Origin: an uncultured Dehalococcoidia bacterium
GTDB taxonomy: Bacteria > Chloroflexota > Dehalococcoidia > SHYB01
Direction of reading: 5' to 3'
Length of the DNA: 34,695 nt
Assembly (NCBI GenBank): GCA_964619905.1
Contig: CAZUGG010000122.1
Location: 1-34,695, forward strand
Shown here one piece after another: positions 8,339 to 17,852 of the stretch (position 1 is its first letter; the number at the start of each line of letters is the position of its first letter). A program made the translations under genes and the position numbers. The notes beneath the pieces are model-generated. The model ran no database searches. It was not told where the DNA came from and saw only the letters and a list, made by a program, of their open reading frames with translations.

Positions 8339-8353
8339 CAAGCAAGGCAAGCG

Positions 8354-8385
8354 CCTTTAAGACGGTCCGGAGAGGCCGACAAGGG
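8354..8385 (+). promoter_or_regulatory. PyrR-binding RNA loop (pyr operon attenuation leader)
   Basis: CCUUUAAGACGGUCCGGAGAGGCCGACAAGGG. Lower stem is CCUUU/AAGGG, upper stem is CGG/CCG, and the terminal loop is UCCGGAGAGG. It matches the Bacillus-type PyrR site core UCCAGAGAGG with one A-to-G change and has the flanking UUUAA...AAGG architecture. It lies directly upstream of pyrR. Confidence 0.7.
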
Positions 8386-8446
8386 AAGCATGCGAGAACA
8401 CGCATTTAGAGCGTCTACGGGCGCCCGATACAGAGTAGGTGATGAG

Positions 8447-8480
8447 GGCCACCAGCAAAGGCTGGCGGCCTGTTCTTTTG
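8447..8480 (+). terminator. Intrinsic attenuator terminator of the pyr leader
   Basis: GGCCACCAGC-AAAG-GCTGGCGGCC forms a 10-bp stem with one A.C mismatch and a 4-nt loop, followed by TGTTCTTTTG. It sits between the PyrR loop and the conserved start of the PyrR protein. Confidence 0.65.
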
Positions 8481-8489
8481 TGGCGCGCG

Positions 8490-9086
8490 GTGAGGCTGGG
8501 GGCAGGCCCAGGTGTAACGGGGCCTGAAAAGGAAGTTCTAAACGAGGAGGATATCCGGCGTGCGATCGTTCGTATTGCGCACGAGGTTGTGGAAAGGAAT
8601 CACGGCGGCGAACGGCTGTTATTTATAGGGATTATGACCCGAGGACTTCCCCTTGCTCAACGCCTCGCTGGTCATGTATCCCGTCTCGAAGGCCTTGAGG
8701 TCCCAACGGGGTCACTAGATATTGGACTGTACCGCGACGACATTGCCCTCCGCCCGCCATCGTTGCACAAGACGGACCTCCCTGGTGACCTGACGGATAC
8801 GACTGTCATATTGGTCGATGATGTGCGCTACACGGGGCGCAGCATCAGGGCTGCGATGGACGCACTGATGGACTTCGGTCGCCCCAAGCAGATTCAGCTT
8901 GCTGTTCTAGTCGACCGGGGGCACCGTGAGCTCCCCATACGAGCCGATTATGTTGGCAAGAACATCCCGACCGCAGTGGAGGAAGGCGTCCGCGTTCGTG
9001 TCCAAGAAGTGGACGGTGCCGATTGCGTTGTCATAGTAGACGGATCAGACGACGAACGTAGGCACAGAACCGAGGGGGCAGCATGA
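8490..9086 (+). CDS. pyrR: Bifunctional pyrimidine operon regulator / uracil phosphoribosyltransferase PyrR
   Basis: ...[27 protein letters not shown]...[19 protein letters not shown]...[23 protein letters not shown], with the PRTase motif VDDVxxTGRS. The track start at 8439 would translate through the terminator hairpin, so I prefer the in-frame GTG at 8490; the start remains uncertain. The TGA stop overlaps the pyrB ATG (ATGA). Confidence 0.9.
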   Translation: MRLGAGPGVTGPEKEVLNEEDIRRAIVRIAHEVVERNHGGERLLFIGIMTRGLPLAQRLAGHVSRLEGLEVPTGSLDIGLYRDDIALRPPSLHKTDLPGDLTDTTVILVDDVRYTGRSIRAAMDALMDFGRPKQIQLAVLVDRGHRELPIRADYVGKNIPTAVEEGVRVRVQEVDGADCVVIVDGSDDERRHRTEGAA

Positions 9087-10093
9087 CAACGACACGGAAA
9101 AGGCCTGTGCCCGAAGTCATAACGACGTCGACGGACGTTGCTGGAGGACTCCCAAGGCGACACGTTTTGGACCTCGACGACTTCACCCGAGCGGAGATCG
9201 AACATGTCCTGGAGACGGCTGAAGCCATGAGAGAGGTTTTGCAGCGCGAGATCCGTAAAGTCCCCACGCTCCGTGGCCGCACTATCGTGACCCTCTTTGC
9301 TGAGCCCAGCACTAGAACGCGGGCCTCCTTCGAGCATGCCGGCAAGATTATGAGCGCGGATGTGATAAACATCTCGGCTTCGGACAGCAGCCGAGTCAAG
9401 GGCGAGTCGCTGGTCGATACTGCCCGGACGCTGCAGGCGATGGGCACTGATGTACTGGTTGTGCGGAGCCGACTATCAGGTGCTCCCCACGTGATAGCTC
9501 GTAACGCGGACGTCAGGGTGATCAATGGAGGCGATGGGTCTCACGCCCATCCCAGCCAGGCCCTTCTCGATTTGTACACAATCCGTGACCGGCTCGGCCG
9601 AATCGACGGAACCCGAGTGGTTATCGTGGGAGATGTACTCCACAGTCGGGTCGCACGTTCGAACATATGGGGACTACAAAAGCTCGGAGCGTCGGTTGTT
9701 CTCTGCGGGCCGCCAACGCTCCTGCCGTTTGAAGCGATCCAGGCCTTCGATCCCGCGGGGACTGGGTTTCTTTCGATCGAAACAGATCTAGACCGTGCGA
9801 TCGATGGCGCCGACGTTGTGATGGCGCTCCGGATTCAACGGGAGCGCCAAGCGGCTGGACTCTTGCCCAGTTTGCGGGAGTATGTTCGCTTTTACCAAGT
9901 GAATGAGCAACGAATGCAGGGGGCGAGGCCCGATGCGATGGTCATGCATCCAGGGCCTATGAACGAGGGCATCGAGATCAGCCACGGGCTTGCTTATGGG
10001 GCTCGATCTCTGATTGAAGCCCAGATTACAAACGGAGTGGCGATCCGAATGGCACTACTCTACTTGTTGGCCTCTGGAGAGCAGCCGTTGTGA
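9083..10093 (+). CDS. pyrB: Aspartate carbamoyltransferase catalytic subunit
   Basis: 336 aa with [13 protein letters not shown] (STRTR carbamoyl-phosphate motif), HPSQALLD and HPGPMN. Translationally coupled to pyrR and pyrC. Confidence 0.95.
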   Translation: MTTTRKRPVPEVITTSTDVAGGLPRRHVLDLDDFTRAEIEHVLETAEAMREVLQREIRKVPTLRGRTIVTLFAEPSTRTRASFEHAGKIMSADVINISASDSSRVKGESLVDTARTLQAMGTDVLVVRSRLSGAPHVIARNADVRVINGGDGSHAHPSQALLDLYTIRDRLGRIDGTRVVIVGDVLHSRVARSNIWGLQKLGASVVLCGPPTLLPFEAIQAFDPAGTGFLSIETDLDRAIDGADVVMALRIQRERQAAGLLPSLREYVRFYQVNEQRMQGARPDAMVMHPGPMNEGIEISHGLAYGARSLIEAQITNGVAIRMALLYLLASGEQPL

Positions 10094-11457
10094 CACGACA
10101 CTTATTAGTTCGGGGCGGCAGACTGATCGACCCATTAAGCGGCGTCGACGAAATCGGTGATGTTCTGATCGCAGACGGAGTCATCGGAGAGTTATTGCTC
10201 GGAGGAACAATTACGCCTCCAAAGGGGACAGAGGTCTTTGAGGCCGTAGGGCTTATTGTGACGCCGGGCTTCGTCGACTTGCATGCTCATCTTCGTGAAC
10301 CTGGATTCGAGGAGAAAGAGACAATTGCGACAGGGACCCAGGCTGCTGCTAAAGGCGGCTTCACAACTGTTTGCTGCATGCCGAACACGGATCCGGCGAT
10401 CGACTCGCTCGCCACTCTCGATTTTGTATTGAGTAGAGCCGCTGCCGAAGGGGTGATTCGAGTTCTTCCCGTTGGTGCGGTCTCGAAGCAACGTAGAGGT
10501 GTCGAGCTTGTAGAGATGGGCGAGTTGGCCGAAGGGGGCGCTGTCGCTTTCTCAGACGATGGGAGCCCTGTTATGACCCCAACCCTACTGAGGAGCGCTT
10601 TGGCATATGCCAAAGCGCTTGGGGTGCCCATTATGGACCATTGTGAGGATCCCACCTATGTTGGCTGCTCGATGCATGAGGGTCGCATATCCACCCGGCT
10701 TGGTCTGCACGGACAGCCGGCCGCGGCAGAAGAAATGATGGTTGCTCGTGGCATCCAGCTCGCGGAGCTAACAGGAGGGCACTTCCATGTTGCGCATATG
10801 AGCACTTTGGGCGCGATGGAACTCGTGAGAAGCGCGAAGGAACGAGGTCTTAGAGTAACCTCGGAAGTGACGCCCCATCATCTAACGCTGACCGACGAGT
10901 GGGTGGCGGGAGGCGAGAAGCTTTGGGGCGTGGATGACAAGATCCCGAATGTGGTTGCGGCTTACGATACTAATACGAAGGTGAACCCTCCGTTGCGACC
11001 ACGCCCGCACGTAGAAGCGATGATCGAAGGTCTCGCCGACGGCACCATCGACGCGATAGCTACGGACCATGCGCCACACGCGATTGCGGACAAGCTTTGC
11101 GAGTACGACGCTGCCGCATACGGCATCAGCGGCTTCGAGACAGCTTTAGCCACAGTGTTAACCTTGGTGCACTCGGGTCGGGTCTCGTTGGGGAGGGCCG
11201 TGGCAGCGCTGACCGAAGGGCCAGCGCGTGTCTTAGGGAGCAACGGTGCTGACCTTGGGAGTTTGAAGAATGGCGGCTTGGCGGACGTGACCATAGTTGA
11301 CCCGAACCGAGACTGGGTAGTGGAGGCACAGGCTTTCGCATCGATGGGAAAAAACACTCCTCTGGAGGGGCATGCCCTAAGGGGCAGGGTCGTGGCAACC
11401 ATTTATGGAGGCGTACTGGTCCACGATGAGCGGTCGGAGGATGCAGGGGTTGGCTGA
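10090..11457 (+). CDS. pyrC: Dihydroorotase
   Basis: 455 aa with PGFVDLHAHLREPG (HxH metal motif) and TDHAPH. The GTG start overlaps the pyrB stop (GTGA). Confidence 0.9.
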   Translation: MTRHLLVRGGRLIDPLSGVDEIGDVLIADGVIGELLLGGTITPPKGTEVFEAVGLIVTPGFVDLHAHLREPGFEEKETIATGTQAAAKGGFTTVCCMPNTDPAIDSLATLDFVLSRAAAEGVIRVLPVGAVSKQRRGVELVEMGELAEGGAVAFSDDGSPVMTPTLLRSALAYAKALGVPIMDHCEDPTYVGCSMHEGRISTRLGLHGQPAAAEEMMVARGIQLAELTGGHFHVAHMSTLGAMELVRSAKERGLRVTSEVTPHHLTLTDEWVAGGEKLWGVDDKIPNVVAAYDTNTKVNPPLRPRPHVEAMIEGLADGTIDAIATDHAPHAIADKLCEYDAAAYGISGFETALATVLTLVHSGRVSLGRAVAALTEGPARVLGSNGADLGSLKNGGLADVTIVDPNRDWVVEAQAFASMGKNTPLEGHALRGRVVATIYGGVLVHDERSEDAGVG

Positions 11458-12529
11458 AGCAGTCTTGGTGTTAGAAGACGGTGGGGTGTACCGAGGAGAG
11501 ATGTTCGGGGCCCAGGCGACTGCTATTGGCGAGGTTGTGTTCAATACCAGCATGACGGGATATCAGGAGATTCTTACTGACCCATCGTATGCTGGGCAGA
11601 TCGTGGTTCCGACCTACCCACTTATAGGAAACTACGGTATCACCGGAGCTTACGCTGAGTCGCACCGGATCCAAGTTCGCGGCTTTGTTGTTCGCCAGCA
11701 TTGTTCCCAGCCGAGTCACCAGAAGAGCGAGATAACGCTGGGTGACTATCTAGCGGCTGAGGGGATACCGGCCATCTCTGGTATCGACACTCGAGCACTC
11801 ACCCGACGCCTCCGGAACAGCGGCGTGATGATGGGGTTGATCACCAGTGAGCTTTCGGCTGAGGAGGCTGCTCGTCGGCTTCAGGATAGCCCCCCATATG
11901 CTGGGCAAGATTACGTGAAGACAGTAACCACGGATGAACCCATGAAATGGGAGCAAACAGGAAAGCCGCAGCGCCGGATTACCGTCGTTGATATGGGGGT
12001 GAAGCACAACATTTTGCGTATCCTAGGCTCGCGAGGGTGTGACGTCACGACTGTACCAGCCGGGACGTCAAGTGGCGAAATCCTCGATACGAATCCTGAC
12101 GGCATCTTGCTCTCACCAGGGCCTGGGGATCCAGCTGTACTGGACTACATGGTTCAGCACACGAAGGAGATAGTAGGCCGCCGACCCATAATGGGGATCT
12201 GCTTAGGACATCAGGTTATCGCTCACGCATTGGGTGGAGCCACGTTCAAGCTCAAGTTCGGTCATCGAGGCGGCAATCATCCTGTGCGGGACAACGAGAC
12301 CGGACGCGTCTACATCACGGCTCAGAACCACGGCTATGCTGTTGACGCGGATTCGCTCCCGTCCGATGTCGAAGTGAGTCACATAAATCTCAACGACAAC
12401 ACTGTCGAAGGTTTGGTCTGCAAGGACAAGCGCATCGTCACGATCCAGTACCATTCAGAGGCAGCCCCGGGGCCCCTCGATAACGTTGAGATGTTTGACC
12501 GATTCCTTGCGCTTGTTGACGAAACCTAA
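11450..12529 (+). CDS. carA: Carbamoyl-phosphate synthase small (glutaminase) subunit
   Basis: AVLVLEDGGVYRGEMFGA...FNTSMTGYQEILTDPSYAGQIV...GICLGHQ (catalytic Cys)...HGYAV. The track start 11405 overlaps pyrC by 53 nt. I prefer TTG 11450, which has GGAGGA 8 nt upstream; ATG 11441 and ATG 11426 are alternatives. Confidence 0.9.
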   Translation: MAEAVLVLEDGGVYRGEMFGAQATAIGEVVFNTSMTGYQEILTDPSYAGQIVVPTYPLIGNYGITGAYAESHRIQVRGFVVRQHCSQPSHQKSEITLGDYLAAEGIPAISGIDTRALTRRLRNSGVMMGLITSELSAEEAARRLQDSPPYAGQDYVKTVTTDEPMKWEQTGKPQRRITVVDMGVKHNILRILGSRGCDVTTVPAGTSSGEILDTNPDGILLSPGPGDPAVLDYMVQHTKEIVGRRPIMGICLGHQVIAHALGGATFKLKFGHRGGNHPVRDNETGRVYITAQNHGYAVDADSLPSDVEVSHINLNDNTVEGLVCKDKRIVTIQYHSEAAPGPLDNVEMFDRFLALVDET

Positions 12530-12564
12530 TAGGGGTAGGCGCCGTCTGATATCAAGCTCTCCGT

Positions 12565-13239
12565 ATGTGGAGGCTCTCTACTGTGAATGGCGGGGCTACT
12601 GAAGAACAATACGTGTGGTTTGCTGACCTGGCTCAGCGCGCCTACGACTGTGTCTTTTGTACGCGGATGGAACGAAACACCGCTGTCCTTGGCCCGCTCA
12701 ATGGGAGGATAGAGGCAAGAATCTTTGTCATTGGCGAGGCACCTGGTCGTTTTGGGTCCGCGGTAACCAGGATCCCGTTCACTGGCGATCGTAGCGGGAT
12801 GAACTTCGGCAGACTACTTGAGCGTAGCGGTCTCAAACGCGGAGATCTCTTCATAGCCAATGCGGTCCAGTGCAACCCGAGGGACTCCGGCGGCCGTAAC
12901 GATCGTCCAACTAACGAGGAGCTACGCAACTGCTCGGGGTACCTGAGAGAGATGATTGATATTGTCCAGGCGCCCTATATTGTGACCCTGGGGGTTCGGG
13001 CTCTTGATGCGCTAAATCTTATCGAGAAACACTCGATTAAACTCAAAGAGGACGTGGCGAACGCGGTTCTATGGCGCGGAGTGAAGGTTGTGCCTCTTTA
13101 TCACCCGAGTGGGCGGGCCATGGCCAACCGGCCGTTTGAGAAACAGGCGGAAGACTACGAGCGCCTTGGGTTCATCCTGCGGGCGGCCCCTAAATTCAAG
13201 CTGGCGGAAGGCCTAACTAATCATCCGACGCAGTGTTAG
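12565..13239 (+). CDS. Uracil-DNA glycosylase superfamily protein (family 4-like, probable Fe-S type)
   Basis: 224 aa with FVIGEAPG motif A, PFTGDRSG, LYHPSGRA motif B, and four spaced Cys residues (CVFC...C...C). Confidence 0.75.
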   Translation: MWRLSTVNGGATEEQYVWFADLAQRAYDCVFCTRMERNTAVLGPLNGRIEARIFVIGEAPGRFGSAVTRIPFTGDRSGMNFGRLLERSGLKRGDLFIANAVQCNPRDSGGRNDRPTNEELRNCSGYLREMIDIVQAPYIVTLGVRALDALNLIEKHSIKLKEDVANAVLWRGVKVVPLYHPSGRAMANRPFEKQAEDYERLGFILRAAPKFKLAEGLTNHPTQC

Positions 13240-13240
13240 T

Positions 13241-14143
13241 CTAGTAGAGGCTATCCAATTCCGGAATAGTCAGGCCGGAAATCGCAGATGCGAGCTCGTC
13301 GGGTGTCCAGTGACCTTCCTTGTCGACGCTCTGCCCTACTGTGATCGGTTCGAATAGGCCGACCTTGGCACCTTGGACAAAAAAGAACTGTCCATTAACC
13401 CCGCCTGCTTCGCTAGAGCAGAGATATGCGACGACGACGGCAACATCCCGAGGGTCCTGGGCTACAGACAACATACGTTTCGCGCTGGCTTCGTCCAAGC
13501 CTCGCTCACGAGCTCGATCTATGGAGCCAGTTACCATCCGGGTAAGAGCGGCTGCGGGGTTAATGGCGTTGACTACAATCCCGAATGCGGCGAGGTCACG
13601 AGCGACTACGTTAGTGAAGCCATATACGCCACCCTTGCCAGTGCCGTATGCTGCAGCGCCCATTTGCCCGGTCAGGCCAGCCCGCGAGGTTACATTCACG
13701 ATTCGCCCGTAGCCCTGCTTCTTCATGTACACGCAGGCATGTCGGGTGCAGTTGAAGGTGCCGTAGGCGTGGACTTGCACCACCTCATCAAATTGTTCAG
13801 GGGACAGTTCGTAGATAGCCTTAGATCCGGTGATTCCCGCATTGTTGACCAAGGCGTCGATTCGACCGAACGTATTTATGGCGGCGTCTATGATCTGCCG
13901 GGAGCCGTCGTAGTCTGCCACTGAGTGGTAACTGGCGACAGCCTTGCCCCCCGCCTCCTGGATCTCTCTCACGACCTTATCGGCAGGGCTTGTGTTCCTG
14001 AACTGTCCGTCTACGGTCGGGGTTCCCAGGTCGTTTACGACGACGCCTGCACCGAGCTCCGCGAGGATGAGTGCGATGGCGCGGCCAATGCCTCGCCCTG
14101 CGCCTGTGACAACAGCGGCTTGGCCAGTCAGATTGATGGCCAA
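13241..14143 (-). CDS. SDR resembling the (3R)-hydroxyacyl-CoA dehydrogenase domain of MFE-2
   Basis: 300 aa: VVTGAGRGIGRAIALILAELGAGVVVNDLG...ADKVVREIQEAGGKAVA...FGRIDALVNNAGI...YGRIVNVTS...AAYGTGKGG. By my recollection this pattern closely parallels the HSD17B4/MFE-2 N-terminal domain. Confidence 0.8.
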   Translation of the reverse strand: MAINLTGQAAVVTGAGRGIGRAIALILAELGAGVVVNDLGTPTVDGQFRNTSPADKVVREIQEAGGKAVASYHSVADYDGSRQIIDAAINTFGRIDALVNNAGITGSKAIYELSPEQFDEVVQVHAYGTFNCTRHACVYMKKQGYGRIVNVTSRAGLTGQMGAAAYGTGKGGVYGFTNVVARDLAAFGIVVNAINPAAALTRMVTGSIDRARERGLDEASAKRMLSVAQDPRDVAVVVAYLCSSEAGGVNGQFFFVQGAKVGLFEPITVGQSVDKEGHWTPDELASAISGLTIPELDSLY

Positions 14144-14146
14144 AGG

Positions 14147-15933
<1,787 letters not shown>

Positions 15934-16119
15934 TCGGGGTGATTACCGCCTGCCAAGCGCCGCTCATTATAACATCGCTTCATCCCCCCCCTTTTTTTCA
16001 GTTGCATGCCGATTCTTCGGTGTAGCCACTGGCGACCCCTTGAGCCGCTGGCGAAACCTCTGGTACAGTTACTTAGGAAGCCTAACTATTAGGAATCATC
16101 AGCTTCGTTTTGGCCGCGC

Positions 16120-16578
16120 TTGGAGACTCCGATCGATCCCACCCGACTGATTGTCGATAGCCTGCCTGGCATTGTGCGTGCCATGACTGCAGAGGTCCGT
16201 CGCGTCGGCTCTCGGCATCAGCTCACGATGCCCCAGTACGTGGTGCTTCGCTTGCTCATGGACCGAGATTACCTCGTGGGTGAGTTGGCTCGAGAACTTC
16301 GTGTCTCGATGCCGACCATCACTCAGCGCTCGGACGGCTTGATCGCAAAGGGCCTCGCGGAGCGATACTCTGAAGGACGGGACAGACGACAGGTTTGGCT
16401 GAGCGCTACCGTTGAAGGACGGGTTGTCCTTACCGAGTGTCGGGATGCGCTAGAGGTCCTGTTCAGTCGGATTGTTGGCGAGTGGAACGAGGAGCGACGA
16501 GATCTTGTCGCAGAGGCCCTGGCTGACCTCTTGGAACTTCTGGTCCGGAGCGATCCCAAAAATAGAGGGACTGGCTAG
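16120..16578 (+). CDS. MarR family transcriptional regulator
   Basis: 152 aa with a winged-HTH region: LTMPQYVVLRLLMDRDYLVGELARELRVSMPTITQRSDGLIAKGLAER...DRRQVWLSATVEGR. TTG start. Immediately followed by an MFS gene. Confidence 0.8.
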   Translation: METPIDPTRLIVDSLPGIVRAMTAEVRRVGSRHQLTMPQYVVLRLLMDRDYLVGELARELRVSMPTITQRSDGLIAKGLAERYSEGRDRRQVWLSATVEGRVVLTECRDALEVLFSRIVGEWNEERRDLVAEALADLLELLVRSDPKNRGTG

Positions 16579-16580
16579 GG

Positions 16581-17837
16581 ATGCCTCGCGACCCAGCTGT
16601 GTTCGGGGAAGAGCCTCGGCCGATCTCTTCTGTGCGAGGCCGCTTCGGAGCCCTTCGCCATGCAGACTTTCGCTATCTCTTGCTGGGGAATCTGTTCACG
16701 CAGATGGGGCAATGGTCCCAGCAACTAGGAAAAGGATGGTTGGTAGCGAACGATCTCGATGGAACGGCTTTCCAACTGGGCCTTGTTGCTTTTACCCAGG
16801 GCCTTGGCATGTTCATCATGGCGCCTATCGGGGGGGCTCTTGCCGATCGATTTAATCGTCGCCACTTGATGATGTTCAGCCAAGTATCACTGGCAAGTGT
16901 CGCTTTGGTATTAGCGCTGTTGGTGATGATCGATGTCATCGTGATCTGGCACGTCTATTTGATCGCATTCGTCAGCGGCTCTTTCTTCGCGTTGAACAAT
17001 CCAGCTCGAATGTCAGCGCTTCATGACATTGTGGGAAAGGGCGATCTCGCGAACGCCGTTGCGATGAACGCGGTTGTCATGAACTCGATGCGTGTCATCG
17101 GCCCAGCTGTTGGGGGCTTGCTCCTGGTCGCGGTCGGTACGGAAGGGACTTTCTTTCTTCAGGCTGCGGGCTATGTTTTAGGGGTCAACGCGGTCCTGCG
17201 GCTGAAAAAGAACTTTTCAAGCAAAGGCTCACGGGCGCCGTTTCTGCAAAGCCTGGTTGACGGTGTCCGCTATGCTCGGGCCGATCGTTTGATTGCGGTT
17301 CTTATCGCAGTTTCCTTTATGGCAGCCATGCTGGGAATGTCGGTGCTTCAGCTCATGGCGAAGTTCGCCACTGATGTACTTGGTCAAGGTGAGGAGGGCT
17401 TTGCGATCCTGTTCATCATGGTAGGCGTGGGGGGCCTAATCGGTGCGGTCGCGCTAGTACTTAAGAGCGATATCCGTAACAAGGGGCTCCTGTACTTCGG
17501 CGCGGCCTTGGGTACGGGTTTACTCATTGCGGCGACGGGAGCGGTTGGGAATCTAGCCTTCTCATTCGTGGCGATGATCGGATTGGGGGCGACGACTGCC
17601 TTCTCACTGGCTCTTGGGAACACGTTAGTACAGACGTACGTGGCGGACGAGTACCGTGGCCGAGTGATGTCGCTATATTTCTTGTCATTCAGCCTGGGGC
17701 CCGTTGGGGCGCTGGCTGGGGGAGCCTTGGGCGATCTTGCGAATCTGCAAGTGGCGTTCGTTGTGATTGGGCTCTGTCTGGCGTTGCCCGTGGGGTGGCT
17801 CCTGCTAACGCATCGCCACATGTGGCGCTTGGGCTGA
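16581..17837 (+). CDS. MFS transporter (MFS_3 / EntS-like family)
   Basis: 418 aa, about 12 hydrophobic segments. N-terminal FRYLLLGNLFTQMGQW and GGALADRFNRR are typical of this family. Starts 2 nt after the marR stop. Confidence 0.85.
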   Translation: MPRDPAVFGEEPRPISSVRGRFGALRHADFRYLLLGNLFTQMGQWSQQLGKGWLVANDLDGTAFQLGLVAFTQGLGMFIMAPIGGALADRFNRRHLMMFSQVSLASVALVLALLVMIDVIVIWHVYLIAFVSGSFFALNNPARMSALHDIVGKGDLANAVAMNAVVMNSMRVIGPAVGGLLLVAVGTEGTFFLQAAGYVLGVNAVLRLKKNFSSKGSRAPFLQSLVDGVRYARADRLIAVLIAVSFMAAMLGMSVLQLMAKFATDVLGQGEEGFAILFIMVGVGGLIGAVALVLKSDIRNKGLLYFGAALGTGLLIAATGAVGNLAFSFVAMIGLGATTAFSLALGNTLVQTYVADEYRGRVMSLYFLSFSLGPVGALAGGALGDLANLQVAFVVIGLCLALPVGWLLLTHRHMWRLG

Positions 17838-17852
17838 GCGAAGATTAGGATT

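Noticed and set aside
8439-8489. N-terminal extension of pyrR implied by the longest ORF
   Set aside because: It would be translated through the attenuator terminator hairpin and U-tract, and it has no counterpart in the conserved PyrR N-terminus.
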